A stretch of 64,000 bases of DNA, taken from an uncultured Acidobacteriota bacterium (GTDB lineage: Bacteria; Acidobacteriota; Thermoanaerobaculia; UBA5066; DATFVB01). The DNA lies in the NCBI GenBank assembly GCA_963813155.1, contig CAWEYG010000002.1:288001-352000 (forward strand), given 5' to 3'. Every line of letters starts with the position of its first letter. Positions within the stretch are counted from its first letter, which is position 1. A program made the translations under genes and the position numbers. Positions 22,396-32,528 of this stretch are shown here, piece by piece. Below the pieces are notes generated by a model. That model was not told the DNA's origin and did no database searches. It was given only the letters and a program-made list of their open reading frames with translations.

Positions 22396-22945
22396 ATGAA
22401 GGTTCTCGCCGTCGTTTCGGCTGTGACTTTCTTGGCAGGTCAAATCATGGCCCAGGAGGCGGCCTCGTCACATAAGGTTTGCTGGCCGTTACATTTTGCC
22501 GGGTTGACCGTTGGCTTTACCACCGATTCTGAAATGCGGCGTCTCCTAGGCGACGGCCTTTTCCGAAAGGACGAGGGTGACTCAGGCGGGCGCGTCTTCA
22601 TCGACAAGGGTCGGAAAGCCACGCTTCATGCCCGATGCTATACCGATAAGGTGATCGGGGACCTCACCCTCTCCGTCGGCGTAGATCCCGGGCTCTCGAG
22701 GACTGAGCAAAGAAAGGCAGTTAGTCCCCACTTCGACCACGTGAAGGGTTTGGCAACTGGCATGCCCTTAACCTTGGAACCACTAAGGCAGAGGTTCTTA
22801 AGAATCTCGGTCCGCCCGAGAATGGCAACGAGACCAATGAATGGCGATACACACGGAATGTTCTTGCGAGATCGAGAATGGCTTTACGATTACTTTTGCT
22901 AAGGACCACATTGTACGGATATACCTTGAAGCGCCATCAGGTTAA
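22396..22945 (+). CDS. Hypothetical exported protein, lower GC, probably frameshifted; SmpA/BamE-like C-terminal motif
   Basis: Signal peptide MKVLAVVSAVTFLAG; the alternate frame after about 22745 reads LNLGTTKAEVLKNLGPPENGNETNEWRY; likely stop TAA at 22943-22945. Confidence 0.5.
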
Positions 22946-23002
22946 GCCGCACAACATAGAGTTAGAGTTGTGATCCGGCTGGCCTATGCTCCTGCTTAGA
23001 TG

Positions 23003-23025
23003 ATGACAATGTATTACAATGTCAT
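23003..23025. promoter_or_regulatory. Palindromic operator upstream of the toxin-antitoxin pair
   Basis: ATGACAATGTA-T-TACAATGTCAT, an inverted repeat with one mismatch, overlapping a TACAAT -10. Confidence 0.7.
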
Positions 23026-23039
23026 ACAGAGGTGAAACC

Positions 23040-23261
23040 ATGGCGAAGGCGATTTCCGTGCGCCTGTCCGATCGAGATCTGAAATCGGTCGAAAAACTCG
23101 CGAAAGCGAACGAACGGTCGCGCTCCTACATCATTCAAAAAGCCGTCGAAACCTACGTAGCCGAAGAAGGAGACTACCGCCTCGCCCTCGATCGGCTTCG
23201 CGATGCGAAGGATGAGGTCATCAGTTCGCGCGAGCTCAGGCGCCGACTCAAAGCTCGATAG
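23040..23261 (+). CDS. Ribbon-helix-helix type II antitoxin (RelB/CopG-like)
   Basis: MAKAISVRLSDRDLKSVEKLAKANERSRSYIIQKAVETYV; GAGGTG RBS; directly upstream of the toxin. Confidence 0.88.
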   Translation: MAKAISVRLSDRDLKSVEKLAKANERSRSYIIQKAVETYVAEEGDYRLALDRLRDAKDEVISSRELRRRLKAR

Positions 23262-23267
23262 CGCCCG

Positions 23268-23531
23268 GTGAAGATCGCATACAAGGCTTCGGTCGAGAGC
23301 GATCTCAAGGGCCTGGACAAGCAGTCCGCTCTCCGAATTCTCGGGCAACTCGAGAAAAAGCTCACAACCGGACATCGTTCCCGAATGGCGATGAGAGGCG
23401 AGTTCGCCGGGCTCTATCGCCTCCGTTTCGGAAAGTACCGAGTGATCTATATTCCCGCGGGAGACGGGTTTCTCATCCTCCGCGTCGGGCATCGCAAAGA
23501 CGTATATCGGAAAGGGCCGCCGGCTCGTTGA
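23268..23531 (+). CDS. RelE/ParE family toxin
   Basis: 87 aa basic protein with GLYRLRFGKYRVIY...ILRVGHRKDVY. Confidence 0.92.
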   Translation: MKIAYKASVESDLKGLDKQSALRILGQLEKKLTTGHRSRMAMRGEFAGLYRLRFGKYRVIYIPAGDGFLILRVGHRKDVYRKGPPAR

Positions 23532-23537
23532 CGGATC

Positions 23538-24566
23538 CTACGGAACCGCCGGCTTTCTTCCCGTCAGGTAGAAGTCGAGCGTCAGCTTGAGCGCGGTGTC
23601 GAAGTCGATCTTCGGCTCCCAGCCGAGAATCTCCTTCGCGCGGCGAATCGAGGGGACGCGCGTCGCGATGTCCTGGTAGCCGGGACCGTAGTAGTCGGCC
23701 GCGCTCACCTCGATGATCTCCGCCTTTTTCCCGATCTCTTCGTAGCCCGGATACGTCGTCACGGCCGCCTTCAGCTTTTCGGCGAGCTCGCGGATGGAGA
23801 TGTCGCTCGCGGGGTTGCCGAGGTTGAAGATCCCGCCGTTCGCCTTCTCTTCGTTTCCGATGATGCGCATCAGGCCTTCGATGCCGTCGCTGATGTAGGT
23901 GAACGATCGTCTCTGCGAGCCGCCGTCGACCAACTTGATCGGCTCGCCGTACAGGATGTTGTGGAGAAACTGCGTGAGCACGCGCGACGAACCCTCTTTC
24001 GGGGAGTCCACGTTGTCGAGGTTCGGGCCGAACCAGTTGAACGGCCGAAACAGCGTGAACCGAAGGCCGTGACCCGAGCCGTAGGCCCAGATCACCCGGT
24101 CGAGCAGCTGCTTGCTGCACGAGTAGATCCACCGCTGTTTCTGGATCGGTCCGTACACGAAATTCGAGCTCTCCTCGTCGAACTCGGCGTCGGGACACAT
24201 CCCGTAGACCTCGGAAGTCGACGGAAACACGACGCGCTTCTTGTACCGCACCGCCTGCTTGATGATCCGGAGGTTCTCTTCGAAGTCGAGCTCGAACACG
24301 GCGATCGGCTGCTTGACGTAGGTGGCCGGCGTCGCGATCGCGACGAGCGGAAGCACGACGTCGCATTTCTTGACGTGGTACTCGATCCATTCCTTGTTGA
24401 TCGCGATGTCGCCCTCGAGGAATTGAAACCGCCGGTCGGCGAGAAACGGCTCGATCTTGTCGCTCGACATGTCGAGCCCGTAGACCTGCCAGTCGGTCGT
24501 CGTCAGGATGCGTTCCGTCAACGCGTTCCCGATGAACCCGTTGACGCCCAGAATCAGGACTTTCAT
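23538..24566 (-). CDS. arnA: UDP-glucuronate oxidase/decarboxylase (ArnA C-terminal domain as a separate gene)
   Basis: MKVLILGVNGFIG, EWIEYHVKKCDVVLPLVAIATP, STSEVYG, RWIYSCSKQLLDRVIWAYG, RPFNWFGP. Confidence 0.93.
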   Translation of the reverse strand: MKVLILGVNGFIGNALTERILTTTDWQVYGLDMSSDKIEPFLADRRFQFLEGDIAINKEWIEYHVKKCDVVLPLVAIATPATYVKQPIAVFELDFEENLRIIKQAVRYKKRVVFPSTSEVYGMCPDAEFDEESSNFVYGPIQKQRWIYSCSKQLLDRVIWAYGSGHGLRFTLFRPFNWFGPNLDNVDSPKEGSSRVLTQFLHNILYGEPIKLVDGGSQRRSFTYISDGIEGLMRIIGNEEKANGGIFNLGNPASDISIRELAEKLKAAVTTYPGYEEIGKKAEIIEVSAADYYGPGYQDIATRVPSIRRAKEILGWEPKIDFDTALKLTLDFYLTGRKPAVP

Positions 24567-24571
24567 TTCTT

Positions 24572-25514
24572 TCAGCTGCCCGCCTTCGGGTCGGGAGAAT
24601 ACACCGAATGCGCGCGGATCCACTGGGCCGCCGTCATTTCGGGACCTCCCTCCGGCTGCAGGACGATCACCTCGATGAAGCGGTCGTCTCCGCAGCAGAC
24701 GAAGAGGCGGTTCTCCTGGACGAACGGCTGGCCCGGGTACGCATCGTGCGCGGCGAGGCCCGGCAGCAGCGTTTTCCAGATCCACGTCTTCTCCGGGAGC
24801 GCGTCCGTGAACGCGCCCGGGAAAGGATGCGTCACCGCCCGGACGAGATCGTGGACGCGTTTGGCGGACTGGCTCCAGTCGATCTTTCCGTCTTCCGGAG
24901 TTCGACGTCCCCGCGAAAACGCCTGCGACGGGTCCTGCGGACGCCGCGGGGCCGTCCCGGCCTTCAGCGCGGGAAACTGGCGCGCCAGAACCTTGACCGC
25001 GGCGGCGACGACTTTTTTCTGGACTTCGATCGCCGTTTCATCGGGGCCGATCGACACGGCTTCGGACATCGACGATGTCGCCCGCGTCGGCGCTCCCGGT
25101 CATGTGGTGGAGCGTCGCGCCCGTCTCGGTCGCGCCTTCCAGGACCGCCCAGTTCACCGGCGCCCGTCCTCGATATTTCGGCAAGAGGGCACCGTGCATG
25201 TTGAACGCCCCCAGCCGCGGAAGGTGGAGAATCTCGCGGGGAAGAATCTCCCGATAGTAGAAGGAGAAGATCAGATCGGGACGCAAGGCCGCGACCTTCC
25301 GAAGCTCGCCCGGATCTTTCCAATCGACGTCCGGGAACGCGGGCACGCCGTGCTCCTGGCAGAGGCGCACGACCGAAGGAGGCCAGGCCGCGGGCGGAAC
25401 CGGATCCGAGTAGGTGTAGCAGCCCACGACGTGCTCTCCGCTGTCGAGCAGATACCGGAGGCACTCGTGCCCGACGTCGGAATACGCGAAAACGAGGATT
25501 CTCGTGTCGCTCAT
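24572..25514 (-). CDS. arnA: UDP-Ara4N formyltransferase (ArnA N-terminal domain as a separate gene), frameshifted near 25065
   Basis: VFAYSDVG, FSFYYR, NMHGALLPKYRGRAPVNW, DAGDIV, then RRTPEDGKIDW...VRAVTHPFPGAF. Confidence 0.88.
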
Positions 25515-26497
25515 GCGGGACCGCCCGCGGCGGCGCTCTTCCCCGGGGTCTCTTCCGGCGAGCTCAATCCCGCGCTTCCGTGGATTCGGCGAATGGAGAA
25601 ACGGGGCCGGCGTCGCACTTCCTGGTAGATCCTGCCGATGTATTCGCCGACGATTCCGAGGCCGGCGAGGACGACGCCCAGCACCGTGAAGAGGATCGCA
25701 AAGAGGGTGAAGACCCCTTCCACCTCCGCGCCGACGATCAGGCGTCGAATCCCGAGGAAAATGCCGAACCCGATGCCGCCGGCGGCAACGACGAACCCGA
25801 ACAGCGTGAAGATCTGGAGGGGCACGACCGAGAAGCCCGTCATCAGGTCGAAGTTCAGGCGGACGAGCCGGTAGAGCGAGTACTTCGAGACGCCGGCCGC
25901 GCGCTCCGCGTGCTCCACGTCGACCTCGGTCGGCCGGCGCGCAAACGACTGCGCGAGCGCGGGAATGAACGTCGCGTTCTCCTCGCAGGCGTTGATCTCT
26001 TCCACGACGTCCCGCGAGTACGCCCGCAGCATGCAGCCGTAGTCGGAAAGCTTCATTCCCGTGATCGCGCCGGTCACGCGATTGACCATCCGCGAGGCGG
26101 CCTTTCGAAAGAAGGAATCGTGACGGTCGCGGCGAACTCCGCCGACGACGTCGTGCCCCTCGTCGATCCTCGCAAGGAGCTTCGGAATCTCTTCCGGCGG
26201 GTTCTGAAGGTCGGCGTCAAGCGTCACGACGACGTCGCCCCGGGACTGCTGAAACGCGGCCAGGATCGCGGGATGCTGGCCGAAGTTCCGAGCGAGCTCG
26301 AGCACCCGAACGGTTCCCGCGTGGGCCTCCGCGAAGGCCTTCAGGATCGCGAGAGATCCGTCGCGGCTGCCGTCGTCGACGAAGAGGACTTCGTAGCGGC
26401 GGCCGGTCGAATCGAGCACGGGCAGGAGCCGCGGGAGCAGCGCCGGGAGATTCTCCTCTTCGTTGTAGACGGGAATCACGACGGAGATCGATTTCAT
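25511..26497 (-). CDS. arnC: Undecaprenyl-phosphate Ara4FN transferase (GT2)
   Basis: SVVIPVYNEEENL, RNFGQHPAI, LDADLQNPPEEIP, DYGCMLRAY, two TM helices, GEYIGRIY. Confidence 0.9.
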   Translation of the reverse strand: MKSISVVIPVYNEEENLPALLPRLLPVLDSTGRRYEVLFVDDGSRDGSLAILKAFAEAHAGTVRVLELARNFGQHPAILAAFQQSRGDVVVTLDADLQNPPEEIPKLLARIDEGHDVVGGVRRDRHDSFFRKAASRMVNRVTGAITGMKLSDYGCMLRAYSRDVVEEINACEENATFIPALAQSFARRPTEVDVEHAERAAGVSKYSLYRLVRLNFDLMTGFSVVPLQIFTLFGFVVAAGGIGFGIFLGIRRLIVGAEVEGVFTLFAILFTVLGVVLAGLGIVGEYIGRIYQEVRRRPRFSIRRIHGSAGLSSPEETPGKSAAAGGPA

Positions 26498-26554
26498 GGC
26501 TGCGGCGTCAATCGTAACGCAAGTGCCGGTCGGAGTAAGATTCGCGAGCCGAAA

Positions 26555-28090
26555 ATGACTCGCCGCTGGATTCTCCCCGCCGTTTTCGCGTGCCTCGGCG
26601 CCTCCGGCGCCGTCCGCGCGGCGGCGGACTCCGTCTCGGCCGCGCGATCCTACCGTGCCTCGCACGAGACGGAGATCGTCCGCGAGCTCGCGAATCTCCT
26701 CCAGATTCCCAACCGAGCGTCCGATGCCCCGAACATCGAGAAGAATGCCGCCGCCGTGTCGGCGCTCTACCGCAAACGGGGGTTTTCCGTGCGGCTGCTC
26801 GGCGTGGAAGGAGCTCCCCCGGTAGTTTTCGCTTCGAAGGATTTTCCCGGTGCGAAAAAGACGGTGACCTTCTATGCGCACTACGACGGCCAGCCGGTCG
26901 ATCCGAAGCAGTGGAGCGGCGATCCCTTCCGCGCGATCCTTCGGGACCGGCCTCTCGAAGAGGGCGGGCGCGAGATCGCGTGGCCGGGTCCGGGTTCTCC
27001 CTGGAACCCCGAGTGGAGGCTCTACGGACGCTCCGCGGGGGACGACAAGGCGCCCATCGTCGGGTTCCTCGCCGCGCTCGACGCGCTTCGGGAGGCGGGA
27101 ATTCGCCCTTCCGTCAACCTTCGATTCTTCTTCGAGGGCGAGGAGGAGGCGGGATCCCCCCACCTGCGGCGAGATCCTGTCGAAATACGCGGCCGAATTC
27201 CGGACGGACGGATGGATTCTTTGCGACGGCCCCGTCCACCAGAGCCGCCGGCCCCAGCTGTTCTTCGGCGCGCGCGGCGTGACGGGCCTGGAATTGACGG
27301 TCTACGGTCCGAACCGCGGCCTGCACAGCGGCCACTATGGCAACTGGGCGCCGAACCCGATTGTCCGGTTGACGCACCTTCTCGATGCGATGCGCGGCGA
27401 AGACGGGAGGATTCTCATCCCCGGCTTCGAGAGCGACGTTCGGCCGCTATCCGAGCGCCGAGAAGAGCGCGATTGCGGCCGTTCCGTCAGTCGAGAAGGA
27501 TCTCGAAAGGGAGTTCGGGTTTTCCGAACCGGAATCCCGAGACTCGCTCGTCGCGGTCATTCATCGACCCGCCCTGAACGTCCGCGGGATTTCGGCCGGA
27601 CAGGTCGGAGCTCAGGCCGCGAACGTCATCCTGCCGGAAGCGACGGCCTCGATCGACTTTCGCCTCGTGCCGGACGAGACGCCGGAAAGCGTCCGGGCGA
27701 GAGTCGAGGCGTTCGTCGAGAGCCTCGGATATTTCGTCGTTCGCGCGGCTCCCGACGCCGCCACCCGGGCGGCGCACGCGAAGATCGCGAAGCTCGATTG
27801 GGAAGCCGGATATCCTCCGGCGCGAACGTCGATGGACCTGCCCTTTTCCGAAAGCCGTGATCGCCGCGGCAGAGCGCGCGGCGGGACGGGAAGTCGTCAA
27901 GATGCCGTCGCTCGGCGGCAGCATCCCGATGTACCTCTTCCAGAATTTCCAGAACGGGGGGCCGACGCCGGTCGTCGGGGTGCCGGTCGCGAACCACGAT
28001 GACAACCAGCATTCGGCCAACGAGAACCTGCGAATCCGCAACCTCTGGGACGCGATCGAGCTCTACGCGGCGCTTTTTACGGGACTCTAG
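26555..28090 (+). CDS. Exported M20 peptidase, several frameshifts
   Basis: Signal peptide; FYAHYDGQP, YGRSAGDDK, EGEEEAGS, LHSGHYG, NQHSANEN. Confidence 0.85.
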
Positions 28091-29373
28091 GACCTCACCC
28101 CCGGGGGGTGAGGGTTCTGCCACTTCTCCGGAATCGGATTTCCCGCGCGCTCGCTGTCCCACGCCACCGAAGCGATCCACCACCGCGTTCCGTCGAAGTA
28201 GAGATCGATGGAGTTGACGCCCCGCGCGAACACCGGGCCGTCCTTCGTCCTTCGGGACTCGTACGTCGAAAAGACGTGAGCGAGGTTGCCGAACCGTTCG
28301 ACGGACCGGTGGATCTCCGTCTCGAAGAACCCGTCCCGGACCATCGCGTCGTTGGACCGCTCAACGTACTCGGCATGGTCCATCACGAGCGCGTACGGCT
28401 TCGAGCCGGTGACTCCGGTCGCGATCTGGCGCGCGCCCGGCAGGTAGAGCGTGCGGTCGCGGTCCCACTGGCGCGGCTCACCCGCTTCGCCGGAGATGAC
28501 GTCGTAGAAGGCCGCCAGAATTCCGTCGAGAGTCTCGACGTCGCGCGGGTCCCCCGGCTCGGCGCCGGGAAGAAGCCCCCCGCGGAGTTTCTGAAGCTCC
28601 TCCTCGAGCTGTCTTTGCTTCGTGACGTCGCGGAAGCTCCAGACTCGGCCCACGATCTGGTCCCCGATTTTCTGGGGACGCGAATAGCGCTCGAAGACGC
28701 GCCCATCGACGAACGTCAACCAGTCGTAACTCTGCCCGTCGGGCTCGCCGTAGATCTGCCGGACCTTCTTCAGGAACCGATCCGGATGCTTCAATTGCGG
28801 GAGAATGTGCTCGCGCAGCCGTTCGGCGTCGAGGGACAGCACGATGTCCTGAGGGATTCCCCACATCTCGACCGTCTTGCGGTTGAAATCGACGAGATTC
28901 CCCTCCAGATCGACGATCAGGATTCCGTCCGCCGTCGCGTCGAGCGCCGCCCGAAGCCGCGACGCGGCCCGGGAGAGCTCCTTCCCGGTACGCACGAGAT
29001 CGGTGATGTCGCGAAAGCTCCACACGCGGCCGGCGCTGCGGCCGCCGAGCCTCCGCGGCTTCGACCGCCTTTCGAACCAGCGGCCGTCCTTGAACTCCAG
29101 GGTGTCGAAGCTGTCGGAATCCGGCGCCGAGTAGAGCTCCATCACCTTCGTGACGAAGCTTCCGGGGTCCTTCAACTGGTCGAGCACGAACGCGACGGCC
29201 TGGTCGTCGTTGCGGCTCTCGGCAATGGCCGGAGGGATTTTCCACATCTCGATGAACTGCTGGTTGAACGTGACGATCTTTCCGTCGCCGTCGGTCACGA
29301 GAATTCCGTCGGCCGTCGCGTCGAGCGTGGCGTTCAGCAGAGAGCTGAGCTCTTCCAGGGAATTGTCGGGCAG
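28087..29373 (-). CDS. Tandem PAS domains fused to an NTF2/SnoaL-like domain
   Basis: Two LDATADGIL...FN...MW...RVWSFRD(I/V)T repeats, then FYDVISG...GFFETEIHR...AHVFSTYESR...GVNSI. The frame extends upstream to a CTG at 29373 behind GGAGG. Confidence 0.8.
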   Translation of the reverse strand: MPDNSLEELSSLLNATLDATADGILVTDGDGKIVTFNQQFIEMWKIPPAIAESRNDDQAVAFVLDQLKDPGSFVTKVMELYSAPDSDSFDTLEFKDGRWFERRSKPRRLGGRSAGRVWSFRDITDLVRTGKELSRAASRLRAALDATADGILIVDLEGNLVDFNRKTVEMWGIPQDIVLSLDAERLREHILPQLKHPDRFLKKVRQIYGEPDGQSYDWLTFVDGRVFERYSRPQKIGDQIVGRVWSFRDVTKQRQLEEELQKLRGGLLPGAEPGDPRDVETLDGILAAFYDVISGEAGEPRQWDRDRTLYLPGARQIATGVTGSKPYALVMDHAEYVERSNDAMVRDGFFETEIHRSVERFGNLAHVFSTYESRRTKDGPVFARGVNSIDLYFDGTRWWIASVAWDSERAGNPIPEKWQNPHPPGVRS

Positions 29374-29410
29374 GAGAACGCCTCCAGGGGAGAATCCTAT
29401 CCCGGAGACG

Positions 29411-29436
29411 AAAAGGCCGCCCGCGAGGGCGGCCTT
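29411..29436 (-). terminator. Intrinsic terminator
   Basis: AAGGCCGCCC-GCGA-GGGCGGCCTT hairpin with a T run on the minus strand. Confidence 0.75.
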
Positions 29437-29463
29437 CCAGGGAAAATCGAGTTGATCGACGCG

Positions 29464-30018
29464 TCAGACCGGAGGCGGCGGCGGAACCTCTTCCGGCGGA
29501 GTCGCCGTCGAAGTCGCCGGGGCGGGCGTCGTGGTCGGGATCGGAGCCGGAGCCACGGGAGCCGTGATCGGCACGGGCGCCAGCTGAGGAGGAGCGACCG
29601 CCGGAGCGGGCGACGAAGGCACGGGCGTCTCGGTCACGATCGTCCGGCCATGCGAGGGGGCCTTCTTCTTCACGGCCGGCCGGCGCTCGGAAACCGCGGG
29701 AGCCGTTTCGACGGCGGACTTCTCCGCTGTCGGAGCAGCGGCAGGCGCTTCGGGCGCCGACAGGACGGCTGCGGGCGCCGCGGCATTCGCCGTGGCATCT
29801 ACCGGGGGAGGAACCGACTGCGCGGCCTGCGACGTCGTTGAAGTCTCGGTCGTGACGCCGCTGGTGTTGGGCTGACTCTTCTGCATCGCGACCGCGAGCG
29901 CGACGAGGCCCGCGAAAACCAGGAGGACAATGAGAAAAATCTTGGCTCGCTTCGTCCCGGAGTGGTCCGGCTCTTCCCGGGCATCGGCGAAGAGCGAGTG
30001 ATCATAAGTCTGGTCCAT
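29464..30018 (-). CDS. Single-pass membrane protein with a Pro/Ala/Thr-rich tail
   Basis: GGAGG RBS, MDQTYD..., one TM helix IFLIVLLVFAGLVALAV, low-complexity tail, followed by a terminator. Confidence 0.7.
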   Translation of the reverse strand: MDQTYDHSLFADAREEPDHSGTKRAKIFLIVLLVFAGLVALAVAMQKSQPNTSGVTTETSTTSQAAQSVPPPVDATANAAAPAAVLSAPEAPAAAPTAEKSAVETAPAVSERRPAVKKKAPSHGRTIVTETPVPSSPAPAVAPPQLAPVPITAPVAPAPIPTTTPAPATSTATPPEEVPPPPPV

Positions 30019-30067
30019 TTCGACCTCCGCCGGGAGAAATTGCAAGAACGGGGCCAGAACCGTCGAA

Positions 30068-31513
30068 TCAGGAACTTCGCGAGGCGAACGCTTCGGTTGC
30101 CGCGGCGCGAATGTCCTCGATCGCTTCACGCATCCGGTCGAGGTGCGTGCGGAACGAGATCACGCAGATTCGGACGACGAACTTTCCGTTGACGGTCGTG
30201 CCGGTGAGGTACACGCGCTTCTTCGCGTTGACGCGGCCGAGAAAATCTCGATTGAGGAGGTTCGCCTCCTCCTCGCCGGCCCCGGGCCGGGAAATCCGGA
30301 ACGCCACGATGGAGAGCTGCGGCTCCGCGACGATCTCGACGCCCGGAATCTTCTTCAGCTCCGCGCACGCCCAGCTCGCGAGCTCGAGCTTTTCCGCGAG
30401 CGCGTGGCGAAACGCGCCGAGTCCATGCATCTTCACCGGCAGCCAGACCCGCAGTCCCCGCCAGTCCCGGGAAAGCTCCGGGGACAGCTCGCAGAAGTCG
30501 ACGAACTCTTCCTCTTTCTGCATCGCGGGCAGGTACTCCGCGCCGACCGCATGCGCGCGCTTGAGAGCGGCGCCGTCGCGAACCAGGAGCGAGCCCGTTC
30601 CGTACGGAAGGAAAAGGCCCTTGTGCGGGTCGAGCACGATGGAATCCGCGCGCCCGATCCCCCGCAACGCCCGGCGGCCCTCTTCCGCCAGGAGAAAGAA
30701 ACCGCCGTACGCGCCGTCCACGTGGAACCAGACCTTTTCGCGCCCGCACAGATCGGCCAGGGCGTCGAGATCGTCCACCGCCCCGGTGTTCGTCGTTCCC
30801 GCGCTCCCGACGACGAGAAAGGGCGAGAAACCGGACGCGCGATCGCGGGCGATCGACTTGCCCAGCTCGTCGAGCCGGATGCGGAACGAATCGTCTGACG
30901 GAATCTCGCGGACGTTGGCCTCGGGAAAACCCGCGAGGATCGCGGCCTTCCGAACCGAATGGTGGGTCTGGTCGGACGTGTAGATCGTGCCCTGAAGAAA
31001 GTTCTCCGGAAGCCGCGCGCGGCGCGCGGTCACGATCGCGGAGAAATTCGCGAGCGAGCCGCCGCTCGTCAGGATCCCGCGCGCCGACGGCGGATAGCCG
31101 ACGATCTCGCAGAACCAGGACACGACGTTCGCTTCGATTTGCGCCAGACCGGGGGCCGCGGCCCAGACGCCGACGTAGCGGTTCGTGCAGTCGGCGATCA
31201 GGTCCGCGACGGCCGACTGGAGGAGCCCTCCGCCCGGGATGTAGGCCAGGTAACCGGGGCCGGCGGTGTTGAAGCTCGTCGGGATGACCCTGTCGAACAA
31301 CAGGTCGAACAGCTCTTTCGGGGCCGTTCCGGACTCGGGCGCCGCGCGCTCCATCAGGGATCGCGCGAGCTCCGGCCCGGCCTCGGTATTCCACGAGGGC
31401 TGCTGCGGGAGGGAATCGACGTGCGTCGCGATCCGGGCGAGCGCATCCTCGACGAGCCGTCTCAGGCCGGCGGAGGAGAGCTCCAGGTCGCGGTGGGCGG
31501 CGGGCTCGCGCAT
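30068..31513 (-). CDS. Group II PLP-dependent amino-acid decarboxylase
   Basis: TSGGSLAN, HHSVRKA, AGTTNTGAVD, WFHVDGAYGG, DPHK (PLP lysine). Confidence 0.92.
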   Translation of the reverse strand: MREPAAHRDLELSSAGLRRLVEDALARIATHVDSLPQQPSWNTEAGPELARSLMERAAPESGTAPKELFDLLFDRVIPTSFNTAGPGYLAYIPGGGLLQSAVADLIADCTNRYVGVWAAAPGLAQIEANVVSWFCEIVGYPPSARGILTSGGSLANFSAIVTARRARLPENFLQGTIYTSDQTHHSVRKAAILAGFPEANVREIPSDDSFRIRLDELGKSIARDRASGFSPFLVVGSAGTTNTGAVDDLDALADLCGREKVWFHVDGAYGGFFLLAEEGRRALRGIGRADSIVLDPHKGLFLPYGTGSLLVRDGAALKRAHAVGAEYLPAMQKEEEFVDFCELSPELSRDWRGLRVWLPVKMHGLGAFRHALAEKLELASWACAELKKIPGVEIVAEPQLSIVAFRISRPGAGEEEANLLNRDFLGRVNAKKRVYLTGTTVNGKFVVRICVISFRTHLDRMREAIEDIRAAATEAFASRSS

Positions 31514-31612
31514 CCGCGCGATCTTATCGCGAGCCTTCGGCCGGCCGACCGAGGCTGCTACGGGTTCACGACCCGGCTCATCGCCGCGACGCCGAGGCCG
31601 GCTTCACCAGCT

Positions 31613-32419
31613 CTACGGGAGTTGCTCTCCTTGAACGAGCGTTTGATGGCCGGCGACGTCGCAGAGAGGTTCGACGGCGATTATTGCTGCCACGACATCG
31701 AACGGCTCGTCACCAACCAGCCGGGCGGTCACGGGGCCGACAAGCCCGGCAAGCGTTGGCTCGGCGAAGACATCAGCGATTATGGCGTTCGATCTCGGGG
31801 CAACGGTGTAGCTCTTTGTGACGGTTCCGGACCCGGTCATGTCAGTGAAGGATGCCACCACGGTCAAGGTTCCGGTACTCGGATTGACGAGATAGAGGTT
31901 GTCCCGATATCGGCCAGGTGACGCTGTGAGCCAGGCAAGATCGACGGCGGTCCCGGGGGAACAGTAATCGGGTACGCCGTGGAGGAGTGCGCCGGCAAGC
32001 GCGTCCCAGAGTCCGCCGCCAAAGTACGGGAGGGCCGGCGGCTGAGTGCTGGGACGCCCTCCATCGTACGCGGTATCCAAGGTCACTTCGGTGTAGAGGC
32101 GAATCGGTTGGTCGCTTGTGAACTCAACCGAAGCAAAGAGTGGACCGATCGGCGTGTCACAGACTCGGTAATCCGCACAAAAAAACGCCCAGTCGGGTAG
32201 GTCGAGAATGCCGTGCGCAGGGACCGTGAAGCTCGTTAGGGCTGGGAATCCCGTACCAATCACGTCCGTGATTGTTACCGACGCGGCCACGGCATTCGGG
32301 TTCCAAACTCTCGTCTCGGTATGCCACGGCCCTGCTGACCCGACGAGGGGTGCATGCGCGGTAAATGCGGCCGCCGCGGCGCACGGAAGAAATACAAGGA
32401 TTCCGATGGCGACACGCAT
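31613..32419 (-). CDS. Hypothetical secreted beta-rich protein, lower GC
   Basis: Signal peptide MRVAIGILVFLPCAAAAA; two similar beta modules (WHTETRVWNP, YRDNLYLVNP). Confidence 0.65.
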   Translation of the reverse strand: MRVAIGILVFLPCAAAAAFTAHAPLVGSAGPWHTETRVWNPNAVAASVTITDVIGTGFPALTSFTVPAHGILDLPDWAFFCADYRVCDTPIGPLFASVEFTSDQPIRLYTEVTLDTAYDGGRPSTQPPALPYFGGGLWDALAGALLHGVPDYCSPGTAVDLAWLTASPGRYRDNLYLVNPSTGTLTVVASFTDMTGSGTVTKSYTVAPRSNAIIADVFAEPTLAGLVGPVTARLVGDEPFDVVAAIIAVEPLCDVAGHQTLVQGEQLP

Positions 32420-32528
32420 CCATGCGATCTTATATCGCCATTGACACCCGGCGAAGGGCGCGCCAAGATCTCTCGCCCGAAGCCTGTCAATTGCCGGCGG
32501 CACTCGGCGACGCCGAAGGAGAGAGCCC

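Noticed and set aside
29464-30018. Pro/Ala-rich stretch as a DNA repeat
   Set aside because: Low-complexity coding sequence with no exact tandem unit.
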